Assembly (NCBI GenBank): GCA_044892505.1
Contig: CM097882.1
Span: 361,522,001-361,585,646, forward strand
Direction: 5' to 3'
Origin: Schmidtea nova
Lineage: Eukaryota
Length of the DNA stretch: 63,646 bases
Shown piece by piece: positions 36,962 through 50,289 of this stretch (positions are counted from its first letter, which is position 1; every line of letters starts with the position of its first letter). The position numbers and the translations under genes were made by a program. The notes under the pieces were generated by a model, which saw only the letters and a program-made list of their open reading frames with translations, searched no databases and was not told the DNA's origin.

Positions 36962-37615
36962 TTATATCAAACAAACAAATAGAAAAAGCATAATTGAAAA
37001 CTTATAATTGTAACATAAAACAACATTTATTACAGGATCAAATCTAATGTGCGTACTGGTCAAATCAATGTTGAAATCAATGATTTTCGAGGCCTCTACT
37101 ATCAACTGGCCCAGTACTCGCGCTTCTTGGCGACGCTTATTCCTGGCTCTTGCTCCTTTACTGGGCCTCCATCGCTTTGGCTTGGTTGGAGCTGCTGCTG
37201 CTGCGATTTCTTCCTCCACTCTCACCGGGAACAATTCCTGAGGTGGAGGCTGAGATTTCGGTAGTATGGCCGAGATGATGCCACTGTCTACCCTTAGTTT
37301 CTCATTCACGAGCTCCTGTTCTCGCATTGAAACTCGACACGCCCGCAATCTCATTGCGTCTTCGGAGGCTTGTTGAATGAGTAGTTGATTTTGCTTTTTT
37401 AATCGATCTACTGTTTCTTTGACGGACCATGTCGCTTCCATTTCCCGACAGCGGGCCCGAAATTTCTCCATTCGGCTAGTCATCAGCTGGAGTGCGTCCG
37501 CGTTGGACGATCCTTTGGCTTCCAGTTCGACCAAACGGGCGTCGACCTTCTTATTGTGCTTTGCATTTTCGAGCAATAACTTGTGCACTTCCTCAAGCTG
37601 TTGCATTGGATTCAT
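36962..37615 (-). CDS. Orphan coiled-coil protein with a basic (Arg/Lys) C-terminal patch, 217 aa
   Basis: Open ATG-TAA frame, visibly GC-richer than its flanks. Heptad-like N-terminal half, then PKRWRPSKGARARNKRRQEAR. No family recognised; the 3' end may be intronic. Confidence 0.6.
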   Translation of the reverse strand: MNPMQQLEEVHKLLLENAKHNKKVDARLVELEAKGSSNADALQLMTSRMEKFRARCREMEATWSVKETVDRLKKQNQLLIQQASEDAMRLRACRVSMREQELVNEKLRVDSGIISAILPKSQPPPQELFPVRVEEEIAAAAAPTKPKRWRPSKGARARNKRRQEARVLGQLIVEASKIIDFNIDLTSTHIRFDPVINVVLCYNYKFSIMLFLFVCLI

Positions 37616-38639
37616 TGCTAAAAGTATTCAAGCATTTTAATACATATCGAGAATGGTTAATGCACAATAATTACAACATTTATCATCATACGCGAAGATT
37701 TAATTAGTTCATTTGTTATTACAATAAGTTAAGGAGCTCTCACATAATCGATCGCGAGTTTTCCATGGGTATGCCTATCAAGCCTCAATTCGGGAATCGA
37801 AACGAAAGAATCTTTTATCAACACGTATTAGCTCTTTCTTATCTATGTCTAAATGCTTATTTATTTCAGAATTTCGATTTTTTCTTAGACCTTTTCTCTC
37901 ATTAAAATTCTGATGGAAATTCTATGAATCTTATTTTAAAATTTTTAAGAAATTTATCTTTAAATTTTCACCGAGGTATTAGCAACGGTATCAATATAAG
38001 CTACCTAAATATTGAGTAAATTTAATTTAATTATTATCTATTAATTCCCAACATTTTCTATATTTTCAGATTTTAAATTAAATTTCATTTTAATAAATTT
38101 AAATCGGATCAGGATACCCCTGAAAACAACGCTGTTCCCCCGTAAAAAAAGAAAACTATATAAACGAGTAAGCAAAATTCCTTGATTTCTATTGGGTAAT
38201 TTCTATTAAAACAATTTAAAGTTTATATTATAACTATTGATTTTAGATAGTTATTTTTAGGCAGGAGATTTCCCTCAAATCAACTGAATACACTGGTAAT
38301 TTATTCTATTTCGTTTATATAACAATATTTTCAGGACTTAAGCCTCAATATCAAGTTAACGAGTCAAGGGAAATTACCAGGGTAAAGATCTTCCACCAAA
38401 AGATAGCAGATCTCGAAATTTATTGTCTGAAAATTTTATGCAAAAGAAAAATTGAAGAGAATTCGAAATGCAGTTAGCAGAAGTGGTGATAAAATTTCAA
38501 TTCAATCAACAATGTCATTTCGTGGCTTTTCAAAATAAAATTTTTCTTCTATAACTACCTATTTCCTGATTGTGTGAATAAAAAGAAATTTCTCTTTTCC
38601 CTTGCCATAATACGACTTAACCCTTATTAGGAAATTTGG

Positions 38640-39540
38640 ATTACATTATTGAAATATATCTCCGTTCCAAATATTCAAATGAAGCAATCTGTCTCAGACT
38701 CCAGCACCGAGAACTCGATACTCTCCTCTTGGAAAATGGTCTTACACCTTGGTTCCAGAAGATTTTCCACGATCGATAATGGTTGGAATTTATACTTTAT
38801 TGGATCTAATTACAAGAAACTTCTAAAATAAACCATCTCTATTGTTAGTACATTATATTTAGTTTATTCTTATTTTAAGTTGTTATTTAATAAATTTTCT
38901 TAGATTAAGTTTATTCTTATTTCATTTTAAGTTGTTATTTAATAAATTTTTCTCCTTTTTATTTTACTTTTTCTCTCGTAATAGTGCTTGGGATTAGATT
39001 AGTGTATAAGTTTGGCGATTTATAACAACGCGTTTGCTTTAATTTTTAGAAGGATGGTTTGAATGTGGATGATGTGGGCGTTTTGAGTGCAAGTTTGTAG
39101 GTATATATACCCTGTTAGGTCTATTATGGATACCTGTCTGTGTGATCGTATGTGTTTGTGTGTTGATTAGAATGTTGGATGGAAAACGAATGATTTATTG
39201 ACGAGTGAGGTGAGGTAGAATGATTGAGTGTAATATTATTATAGGTTTGGCTGATTTTATTGTTATCGTGTTTGCGTGCGATTTTTAGGATGGGTGACTG
39301 AAAACGATTGAGTGCTTGTGAGTTTGACTGGATGTATGATGCCAACTAACATAACTGTGCAGATTTTCTGTATGGATTGTTTGGGTGTATGTTGCTAATG
39401 ACTGTTATTGAGTGATACGGTGAGGTCTATGTATATAGTAGTTTGAATAGATGTTGCTTGTGATATTAGTATGGATGATGTTATTGAGTGGTATGGGTGT
39501 TGTCACTTGCAAATAGGGTTCTGGGTGATTTTAGGGGGTA
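38640..39540 (-). mobile_element. Highly decayed Penelope-like RT/GIY-YIG remnant
   Basis: C/A-biased minus strand with YIDLTVSLNN, NLHSYVSW..HP and PILKIARKHDN, echoing PLE FLDLTI..YL...S.HP..SQ.LR..RIC motifs. Confidence 0.4.
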
Positions 39541-41119
39541 TTTTATAAATAATATAGACATGATATATAAATTAGTTTCTTTAAATTAAAATAATAATGT
39601 AAATTTTATAATTTCCAAATTAGACTAGTAATAGTAAATTAAAAATTTTTGTAATTTTTCAATTAAAATAATAATAATAAATTTTTATGATTTCTAAATT
39701 AAGATAGTAATAATAAATTTTTATAATTTTTAAATTAATAATAATAATAATAAAATTTTATTATTTCTAAAATAATAATAATAGTTTTTACCATTTCAAA
39801 TCTATGATTATATATCAGCTTAATAAAAATTTTATAGTAAAATTCTCAGCTTGAATTTTTTATATTATAAATATATATATAAAATTTAAGATTTTTTCTT
39901 TAATTTACATTTCTTGGAATTATCATAGGAAATAATATTTTATAACAGTTTTATAATATTTCACAATTACAATTATATTAAAATTTTTCTAATATTGAAG
40001 ATTTGAAGTTTAAATTTTTTGCAATTCTTTTTCTGGATCCTTTCAGTTATTTGATAGAATTTTTTATAAAATCAAATAAATAATTTTTATGCTAAAATCA
40101 AGTACCTAAAACTAAACTTGCCACAAAATGTAAAATTTAAAATTGTCGTAACTAAAATAAGATAAAATTCATATAAAAGATTTAAATTATCTAATAATAT
40201 TCTTCGTCAAAATTTCCCACAGGGTTCGAATTTTTTACCTAAAAATTCATAAAAATCATAATCTTTCCATTAACAATTCGTCGCTCCTTTACCTAGTTCA
40301 TTATTTAATAAATGGTTTTTGATTGAGCTGTTTTATTGTTTTCAGATTCCACACATGATGAATTCTAATAAGACGAAAAAGTATCTGTGAAGGCGAAGGT
40401 GAGTGCGAGTCTATTATATTTAGTAATGTAGTGCCTATTTTAGATCTCAAGACATGAGCTGGATGAATTTATGTTATGTACGAATTGCTTATGTAATGTA
40501 GTATAAATATTCTATTATATTATAATAAAGATCATTAATATAAAAAATCCTTGCTCTTGGCCATACCACGATTCCCCAGTTGGGATGACGTGATTATGGA
40601 TGTATGAGCCTCACCTTAAAGTGGACAAATGGGCTGGCCGATTACCAATCAGACAACGATCCACCCAGGCTACTAACAAATCCGCACAACGCAAGGCTGG
40701 ACGAATCGTCAGAAGATATGGGAATAAAAAAAAATTTATTTTCCGTATATTTATTTATATAAATGCTTAGATGAAATTTTAATTATATTGGGAATTTGTG
40801 AATAATAGTAAGATCAACAAAAAAAAATTTTAAACTGAATTGAATAACATATGAATTAAATATTTTAATAATATCATAATAAAATATTAGCATTACATAA
40901 TCAATAAAAATAAAATAATGAATACCATATCAATTAACAAAGTGCGAGGAATGGGATGATCGTCAGGCATGATGATTGACGATCCCAAACCCCAACAATA
41001 AAAAAAATTAATCCTTACATTCGCCAACTCCGGAAAAGATCTTCGAATTCGCACCAAAATCTTTTTATAGAATAGTCGATTTTATCTTCTTCTTCCTTAA
41101 TTCTTTTCCTAGAAATTCA

Positions 41120-41201
41120 AAATTCTGCTCCAAAGAATTTTCTCCACGGAATAAATTAACAAATTCTACTCCAAAGGATTTTCTCCACGAAATAAATTAA
41201 C
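41120..41201. repeat. Two tandem copies of a 41-bp unit
   Basis: aaattctgctccaaagaattttctccacggaataaattaac followed by aaattctactccaaaggattttctccacgaaataaattaac. Confidence 0.85.
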
Positions 41202-41884
41202 AAGTTCAAAAAAATAACAAATTCTCTGGAAAGTTTTTTAAAAAATTTCTTACAACAAATTCTGATTATTGCCATTTTGATGGCGGTATATATACCATCG
41301 ATTTTGCGTTATCTTCACTAGTGCAGTAAAACAATTTGTTCTAGAATGTTCTTTTTAATTTTTCTAAATTAATTCTAATGATTTTCCGAAAATTAAATCC
41401 ATATTTTGTGTAATAATTTTTTATAAACCACAAATAATTTATTTTAATTCAAAATTTTTATTTTTGAATCGAAATTTGTTCGATTTGATTTAATTTACGA
41501 TATTTCGATCAATATTAGTTCTTTTTATTATTAAATGTGAAATTTTGTGATAAAATCTCAATTTTAATTTTTCTGCACGGATGGTTTATGACAAAATTCT
41601 GTTCTTTATGGACATTTTCAATGGGTTTTCAGCCTATTTCTAACTTTCAAACGTTCTTCCTTTGACGACTTTTAATTTTTCTCGAGGTTTCCATGTAAGG
41701 ACTTGCAGATTCACAGCTAGCGCGTACTCTACTGGTTAATGTGTTTGAGTCCACTTTATCTTTTGGTGTTTCTCGCTTAATCACTTTTGGTTTTTAATGA
41801 AGGTTTGGGTTAAGCTTGAATCTTGCGCGTTCTCTACTTATGGGTTACTGCTTTATTAAAACAATTTGCAGTTTTTGCCCAACA

Positions 41885-44119
41885 GTATGATCATAAAATA
41901 AAATTGGTATTATAATGAAGGTAAAAATTTATTAAAAATTATGTAAGAAATCTCCATTAAAATATCGTAAAAATAACAGAGACTGGGATGAAAATAGAAT
42001 TGAAATTAAATTTGATTGTTTTAATCATTCAATTTATTGGGTTCTGGGGTTGTTGGTGAAGTGGTAAAAGTTACCAAATATCTGACTCCGAAGCGTGCCT
42101 TTAATTGACCCCAATTCACAATTCCAATGACACAAATTTTATTTTATTATTACAATGATTTACACAATCCAAAATATCACGATCAATTCAATACCTCTTT
42201 CGACAATTATACGAGCCTATTACGACACTTCGTGAAATATAGCTCAATTGTAAAATGTCTAGAAAATAACAACTACTAACCACTGACTTGGATTAAATAC
42301 TGGTAATTGGTTTCGATCGTTTCCGCGCGTTGACTTTATTCTTCAGTCAATATTCTTTTGCCTTTTAACTTCTCGTCTGCTTGGCTTCCTTTGTATTTGC
42401 AACACAATTTCTATTTCTGCAACTGATTGAATCAACAAATTTCTTTTTGTATATCAAATTTCTCCTTTCGTATTTTAAACTCGTTTCGTATTTTCCACGT
42501 CAATTTTCAATTTACCTCTGGTTCAGATTTCAATCTTTTTTTTGTCAATTTCAAATTCTCCACTAAATCTTGTCTATCGCAATTTTTCTCTCCCACAACT
42601 TCTGTCGAAAGTTTTGTCTAAAATTCTTTTCTAAAATTCTTTCTAAAATATTCTGACTGCTTCTGCTGTCTCTCTCCTTTTATATCTCGTCAAATTTTAT
42701 GGCACTAGAGATAATTTTGTTTTTTGCATTTTAATTTCCGGCCATCTCGTGTTTCTCCCCAATTGCTGTTTTTTCTATGACAGCTGTATAGATTATTTTG
42801 AATTTCCCTTTTTTTCCTTTTTGAGCCGTCTTTTATCCGCTCTCCTGTTATCTGACAAGCTGTCAGAATTTTATTTTACAATTTGTTTTTGTTTTCGTTT
42901 TGAAAATTCCTTTCGCGTTTTTGTATTTATTAAATAGGAATGACCTTTGTTTTTGATCTCTTGTTTAATCCCTTTTGTTTGTTCCCAACTTCTCATCTTT
43001 CATTTCTTTTTATTTCCGTTTCTTTTTTCGTGTTCCCATTGACCATCTCCTTTGTCATGACGATTTTCCCACAGGTAATTTTATTATTTTTATATTATTT
43101 TGTATTTTAGGTATCCTCAACAAATTGACGCGCGCAAAAAGTTATACATACATTGTTTAATAGAATTAAAAAATAAATATTTAGAAAATAAATAAAATAA
43201 ATTATAAAATATTAAATTTACAGAAAATAAATAAATAACCATTTATTAAAATAATTAATTTAAATATTAAAATAAATATGAATTAAATTTTAAATATTCT
43301 TGTTTAAAGAAACACAATGCGTTGGTGTCACAAAAAACAGTATAAATAGAAGCTGAAATACTATAGCTTTTAACTAGAACTAGAACTAAACTTTAACTTT
43401 AACATTAACTTCTACTTTTGCGGACGAACGTTTTGTTTTTTGATATTCATTCTACCAGCCAGCACCAGTGTCAATTGAATTTGTTCAGTTTTTTTGGAAT
43501 GATACACTTCGTAGTTTTCTATGTTTTATTTTGTTATTAATGTTATATGTTTTTGTAATCATTAAGTTTGATTTTGTAATTAATAATAAATATTTTTATA
43601 TCATAATTTTGTTTGCTCTTGCTCTGTTCAAATAGTTTTTTCCGACTAAACTGATTTCGTAAAGAGATCATGTTAGCTACCAAGTCGCAGATTTCAGAAG
43701 TGTCTGATCTTCATTCTCGCAGAGGTGGAATGTTGAGGCGGCATCACTGAACTTGATTTATATAGATCGACTGGTGTAAAAGAAAACTAAGAAAGTACAG
43801 GGGCTTGTCATCCAGATATTTTTTGGGGGAAATAGATGGAAAAATTCATAAATTTAGAGGATCACTTAGAGTATAAGGTAATGATGTGCGTAAGTCCTTC
43901 TTTCGGCAGCAGGATTCCGAAAGAGAGGACACAATGAGGAGTAGTTTTGTCAACGAATCTCACATGCTCACTGGATTCTCACCACCGTATACATTACTAG
44001 CATAGTTTACCAAGGAGTAACTATGAGTAAACGAGTGAGGTAGTATTAACAATATTCATGATGGTGAGTGGGTTGCCATATACACTGACAATAAAATTTT
44101 AACAGCCCATACACCAACA
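41885..44119 (+). mobile_element. LTR-A copy 3, 3' part (interrupted by solo LTR-B1)
   Basis: Matches copy 1 from about 2420 onward; TATA gtataaata near 43340; tgcgtaagtccttctttcggcag block near 43887; ends catacaccaaca. Confidence 0.7.
42035..43122 (-). mobile_element. Solo LTR 'LTR-B1'
   Basis: TATTGGG...CTCAACA termini, 4-bp TSD AATT, homologous to 46049-46908; TATAAAAG on the minus strand. Confidence 0.75.
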
Positions 44120-44964
44120 CAAGGTAAAAAACAATAATGCAAAATATAATTCAATAAATCGAACCGTGACGGCCAAAAATAGAGAAAATTCATCAAAATT
44201 CATTATGATGCCAAAAAAAGGTGACCAAAAAGAAAAATTAACTAAAAAATGTTCAAAAATTATTTATTTCATTCAATCAAAAATAACAAATTAAAAGGAA
44301 ACGATTAGCTTGCTAAACAAAGAAGGATGGCAAAATGATTGGGTGGCAGTTCCAATTGGCTGACATGCCCCACCCAAGCATAGAAATAAATATATAAGTA
44401 GAGCTCAACAATAACTCGATCGACATATTCTTTGCGACATACTCTCAATCACATATTTTAATCATGTTTTTAAAACTTTACCTTTTGAGGAATCATTGAA
44501 ATTATTTGCAAAGCTTTTGTGATCTGAAGTTTTTTTAAATAAACTTTCAAAAGTCATCACGGAAGAAACATACTAATAATACAAACAATGTCATCAGTTC
44601 TTAACGGAAGAAAATTGGCTCGAATCATCCACCATCTGAGAGAATGAGAACTAGTTCAACTCCCGTTAGATTCAATATGGGACCCTAACGCCAAAGCAGG
44701 GTATTGTCGCATCTACTACGCACCCCAGGCAACTCCATCAGAGTAATTAAGGTTCTGGACCAATATGTAAGAATAATATTTGAACCAATAAAAATTCCAA
44801 AAAAAAGATCTCAATCCTCACCCAATGAAATTATGAGATTATGAAATTTTTAAATTAGTTTAAATAGACAAAGATAAAACTTTCAATTAACTTGCTATGG
44901 TAATCTTAATAACATAGAGGAACTTAACAAAATTTCATTTGCCTTTAAGATAAATTAATAGATC

Positions 44965-47000
44965 TGTTGGTGTATGAGTTGTTAAATTTTGTAGTTGCTA
45001 AGCATTACTGTAACCAACACACTTTTATGAAAATGCTAAATATTATGACTCATGTACCCATAGTTACTCTTTCGTAAATATGTTGGTAATGTACATGGTG
45101 GTATGAAAATTCAATGAACAGGTGAGTTTTGTTGCCAAAACTACTCATTGTATTCTCTCTTACGGGTTCCTACTGCCGATAGAAGGTATTACGCACATGA
45201 TTACTTTCTATTTCACAGGTCCTTACTTATCAAATTATATCTCTCTATAATGTTGCTTTATTCTATCTAGCGTCTACATACTTTTATCCTTCCTTAGCGA
45301 GTACAAAAAGCATCCTACACACAATGATTCTCTCCAAAATTACTGTGGCATTTCTTCTATATTTTCAAAATTTTTGTTAAATATACTAATTATGCTTCGC
45401 AATTTTTGGACAAGGTCTACTTATATTTCTTAATCCGATCTTCTCCATACTTTGATTACTATGTTTCTCCCTATATTTAGAGCTGGGTATGTCCACAAGA
45501 CTTTTGTCAAGAATGTTCCACGTACTTGAGACTCACAAAGTCATTGAGATGCCTCGGAGATTCGGTTTTATTCAATTAAAACCATTTGAATGAGAGTGTC
45601 TGAATACGAAATAAAACAAAATTATACATTCAAAATATTTATTATACATTACAAATGAACCTTTAATTACTAATTACACAAAACATAAAATATACTTGTC
45701 TGTTCCTGTTTACAATTTAACAATAAGAATGTTCCGATACAACAATGTTGGCTGGTTGTATGATTAGAAAAATTCACAACCATTCGTCTGCAAAAGTAAA
45801 TATTAAGTTATGCTTTTAAAACGTCTATCTATACTAAATTTTGAAACGCAAACACATTCTCTCACCAAAATTATGACTAACTAGATTTTAACTGTGCATG
45901 CTTCAATAATTTATTTTACAATTTATTAGATAATATTAATTTTTAATTAACTTTATTTATTTTCCTAACTAATTCTATTTAATTTGCTAAAATGATGTGT
46001 GTGTCCATCGTGTCGTTGTATTAGGTGATATAACGCGTTTATTGATTGTGTTGGGTTATTAGTTGTTGGAGAAATTTAAAATTTGCTAATTAATTCTCTG
46101 ACTTTAAAGCGTGCTTTATCTGATCCACAAAACAACAATTTTCAGATGATATAAACATTTATTGATTATCAGTTGATTACATAATTTACAATTCAACACC
46201 AGAATAGGCAAATATGAGTGAGGAATAGCCCTAATGTATAATACCTAGAATACAACAATCACTGACCACTGATTTAGATTCAATAATTGACAATTGATTT
46301 CGGTTGTTTTCGTGCTTTAACTTGATACTTTATTGACTCTTTTCTAATTCTTGTTTACTTCGTTCACTTGATCTTCTAAATACAAGTTCTCTAATAATGT
46401 AACTCTAATTTATCCAAGCTATAAATTTTTCAAAATCTAAACTTCTCAATCTAATCTTCTGATTCAACTACTGTGGCTTTCCCTTTTATAGTTCGTCATT
46501 TTCTGGCTCTCAAGATAAATTTTATTTTCCCGTTCTTGACTCATGCATACTTCACATTTTTCTCCTAGCTCCCACATTATCTTTGACATTTGTCAAGATA
46601 TGCCGGTTATTCCGTTTTTTTGTCTGTATTCCTGATATCTCTGAAAAGCTGTCAAGATATTATTATTTTTTATTTTTTTTTCAAATTTTGGAATTCCTTT
46701 CTGTTTTTGTACTTGTTAATTATTAATGACTTTTTCTTGCTTTGTATTTTGATTTCTTTTATTTTGTAAATATTTCCTCATTTCTCAATTTTTTACTCTT
46801 CCGTCTTCTTCTCCAAGTTCCAAAGGATCGTTTCATTTACCCCCCCCCCCCCAATTATTTTATTTATTTATGACGTTATTTAATTTTATTATTTAGGTAT
46901 CATCAACAATTGATTAAAACAATCAAATTTAAATTATTTCTATTTTCATTCTTATCTCTGTGATTTTAACGACATTTTAATGGGGATTTTTCCATAAATT
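44965..47000 (-). mobile_element. LTR-A copy 4 (inverted; interrupted by solo LTR-B2)
   Basis: Reverse-complement end tgttggtgtatg at 44965; reverse-complement tgcgtaataccttctatcggcag block near 45175-45197; reverse complement of the aatccccatt..tttgattgttttaat block at 46913-47000. Confidence 0.7.
46049..46908 (-). mobile_element. Solo LTR 'LTR-B2'
   Basis: TGTTGGG...ATCAACA termini, 4-bp TSD ATTG (46045-46048 and 46909-46912). Confidence 0.85.
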
Positions 47001-50000
47001 TTAATAAATTGCACAAATATATCGGATTGCATTGTGTTTTTCTATTTTACGTGATATTTTATTTTCCTACTAAAATTCAGTCTGTGTTACTAATCAATCA
47101 ACTTTTCGTTAAAAAATAAAATAAAAAAATCTCAAGCGCTATGTGAATATGATGTTTGTACCATAGCAGGATCTAATTCTATGGTAACCAAATAACTACT
47201 GTCTGACCAATAGTTACCCGTCGTAAGAAACTTTGGAAATATAACTAATGTGTAAAATACTCGAAAAAAGCGAGCACTGTTACCAAAACTGTAATTGATC
47301 GAATAATGTCTATAGGTTCAGGAGCTGTCAATAGAAGATATGTGTGCATTTCGATGTTCGGTCCCTTTCTTTCACTTTAATGCTTTAACTTTCTATAGTT
47401 TATTTGTACTTCTGTTTTAACCTGAGAAACTGTGAAAATACATATTGATTTGAATGTAACTATTTCGACTTTATCAGTTATAAAAAATAATGTATTAGAT
47501 GCTAATCTAGCTTAATGTTAAATAGTTACCTACAATATTTTCTACTGTTAATTCATTAAATTTCAAAACATTTTATTTATAACGTCATATTCATATTAAA
47601 TTTAGCCTGTAAGTCACATAACGCCTGGAAGCCATTTTAAGCAAGATTTTTACTTGAAGTTCCAAAAATCTGAATTGGAACGTTTGTCCTAATGTACAGA
47701 CTTTTTTTCTTAGTGTGTGAAAGGCTTCTTAAATTGACATTGTTATTATCTTCCTGAAATTTTCATACCAAAAATTATTGATTTTGTAGACGTGTATTCC
47801 TTTTCACACGATGAACAACTAAAATTGTGAACTTGCTATGTATTGTCATCACATCTGTTAAATAAATCTATCCGGACGATCTGCTCTGGTTGATCATCCC
47901 ACATTAGATAGATCAACACTATATAGAAGTTATGCTCTGTTAAACAGATGAGTTTGATTGGTTATTTTTAAAGCATTTTAATGATTTTTCTATATCTTAG
48001 CTATGCCTATGGTTGGTTTGGTAATCGATTATTGTGTTTAATGTTTCATTGATTTACACATTTTGCTTTTAGTCTTATGTTGGTATTAAAATTTTGTTTT
48101 CTTTTAGCTTGGAATATTGATTCCATGTTTTATTGGATGTTTATTCTATTGTATTTCAAAATCTGTTTAAAGCTTTGTTATAATAAAAAGTTTAATTTTA
48201 AGTTATTTTGATTTTTATAAAATTTAACAGATAATAATAAGTTAATAATGTTGAATTTTTCGCACTATTCCTTAGGAATTAAGCTTCTAAAATGATAAGC
48301 GAGCTCTAACTTATTCATAAGATATTATTCCTTTAAAATTCTGAGGACTTGTTACTTCATTTTCTTGGCTATATGATAATTTTGAAATATAATTGCACCT
48401 ATCTTTGCTAATCGCTTCACATGACTTTGTATGGTTTCCATTCTTAATATAATATGTCAATTGTTGGATCAGGATCTTACTATTAGATTGTTTCAACACA
48501 TGTTCTATTTGTTGTAGATCTTGAAGTAATTGCTTCGTTCTCACTTTTACATCTCTATCATATCTTTATCATTCATTGTTGACATAATTTCACAAATTTT
48601 ATAGCCATGCATGTCCTCATATTGAAATATAATGTATAAATTCTGATATTTAGACGAAGAATTAACTAGAACAAAGACAAAATAACTTCCACTTAATGAT
48701 AAAATATTTAATATAAAATTCCTGCCGATAATCCTCTGGTCATTCTCTCACATCGACGTGAGTATGAGGCTAGGTTTGGATATTGCATCAACATCATTGG
48801 GTTAAAGAGTCCACTCTAAACTCATGAACCCACACTGACGTATCTGCATCGCAACAAGCTGAGATACCACCACGAGTTATCGACTTGGAAGGCCAAGAAG
48901 AATAAAATAAAAAGATAAAAATTAATGTTAATGCACCTAGAAAAATGCACGTTTGAAAAATCTTTATTTTCCCATGAAATAGCAGATAATAAATAACCGG
49001 TATATGGATCAGTGCCAAATAAAAATAACTAGGATGAGCAAAGTTTAAAACTGAAATAATTTGTATGCACAGAATGACGCCGTCTCTCCAAAATTTTGAA
49101 CAGCGATGGACCTCAAAAATTCTGTTTCTCAAGTGTAGAGAGTTGTCCTTCTTTTTTAGTAAGCTATTTTCAAAATTTACAGAAAGAACGTTTATTCTTT
49201 GTGAAAGTTTCACAAATCCTCAAAAGAGTGTTACTTTTTTATGAAAATTGCATCTATATTTACACTATTTTCATAGCATTTAATTAAATTGAAGCAGTAA
49301 AACAAATCTTTCTGGAATGCTCTTTCTGCTTAAATTTAATTTTATTTAAAAAGAAATATTTTATTTTTAATAAAATAAATTTATATTTATACATAACATC
49401 TTTATTCTTTACTTTAATAAATTTTATTTTTATCAGAATTTTATATTTTATATAAATTTTAACTACTTTATTTTAATTTTTACGATGTACTTTTACATTT
49501 TTTTTATTTATGCTATGAAAATTAAGACAATTAATTATAAAATCATTGAATTTTTATATTTACCTTATTCTTTAATGAGTTTTTTGTTAATTTTTTTGTT
49601 AGGGTTTTTTCAAGGTTACTTCTTGCTCTTGTTCAATTTAAATTTCACCTTTGTTTTAAGTAGGTAGATGTGCCAGATCTGAACCACTACCCCTGTGTGT
49701 ATATGACATAATCGCTCGGACTTTACATAACAAACATGATCATGTAATCATTACATAATGCTAGAGTTTTACATAGTACATAGGTTATTACGTAACAATT
49801 CTCGGGCTTTTCCTCAACACACGAGCTATGGCATCATAATAGCGTAATCGTGATCAATGGTCAATGTCGTTTCGGGGTCGAGGTCATTGTGTAATCGGAG
49901 TCAAAGGTCAAGGTCATTTTTTTGTTTTATTTTTAAATTTTTGGTGCAATTTTTTAATTTAACCACCGTTTTGTTTAATTAAAGTAAATTAATAAATTTT

Positions 50001-50289
50001 TAGAGCAATTTACAAAGGTTTTATAGTTTTAAATATTTTTTTTATAATTATTTTTTATTACAATTAATATTTTATAAGTATAATTATTTTATTTAATATT
50101 ATTTTTCATAATTATTTTTATTACAATTACAATTTATAATTTTTTTATAATTTTTTTTACAATTATTACTTAAATTATCCAATGTAAAATTATTACAATT
50201 ATTATTATTACAATTATTTTTATTACAATTATTATTATTATTATTAATATTATTATTAATATTATTATTATTATTATTATAAATTGGAT

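Larger units (their letters stand above)
36610..41884. mobile_element. 5.3-kb insertion with TGGTGGG...CCCAACA ends and GTAT TSD; no intact transposase
   Basis: GTAT at 36606-36609 and 41885-41888. Removing the insert restores LTR-A (aaaaagtatgatca, cf. aaaaagtattatca in copy 2). Confidence 0.65.

Noticed and set aside
40559-40580. GGCCATACCAC match to the 5S rRNA 5' end
   Set aside because: Only 11 nt match; the downstream sequence does not follow 5S.
48794-49213. 139-aa hydrophobic ORF suggestive of a membrane protein
   Set aside because: TTG start, no recognisable family, no consistent splice partners; hydrophobicity is expected from T-rich sequence.
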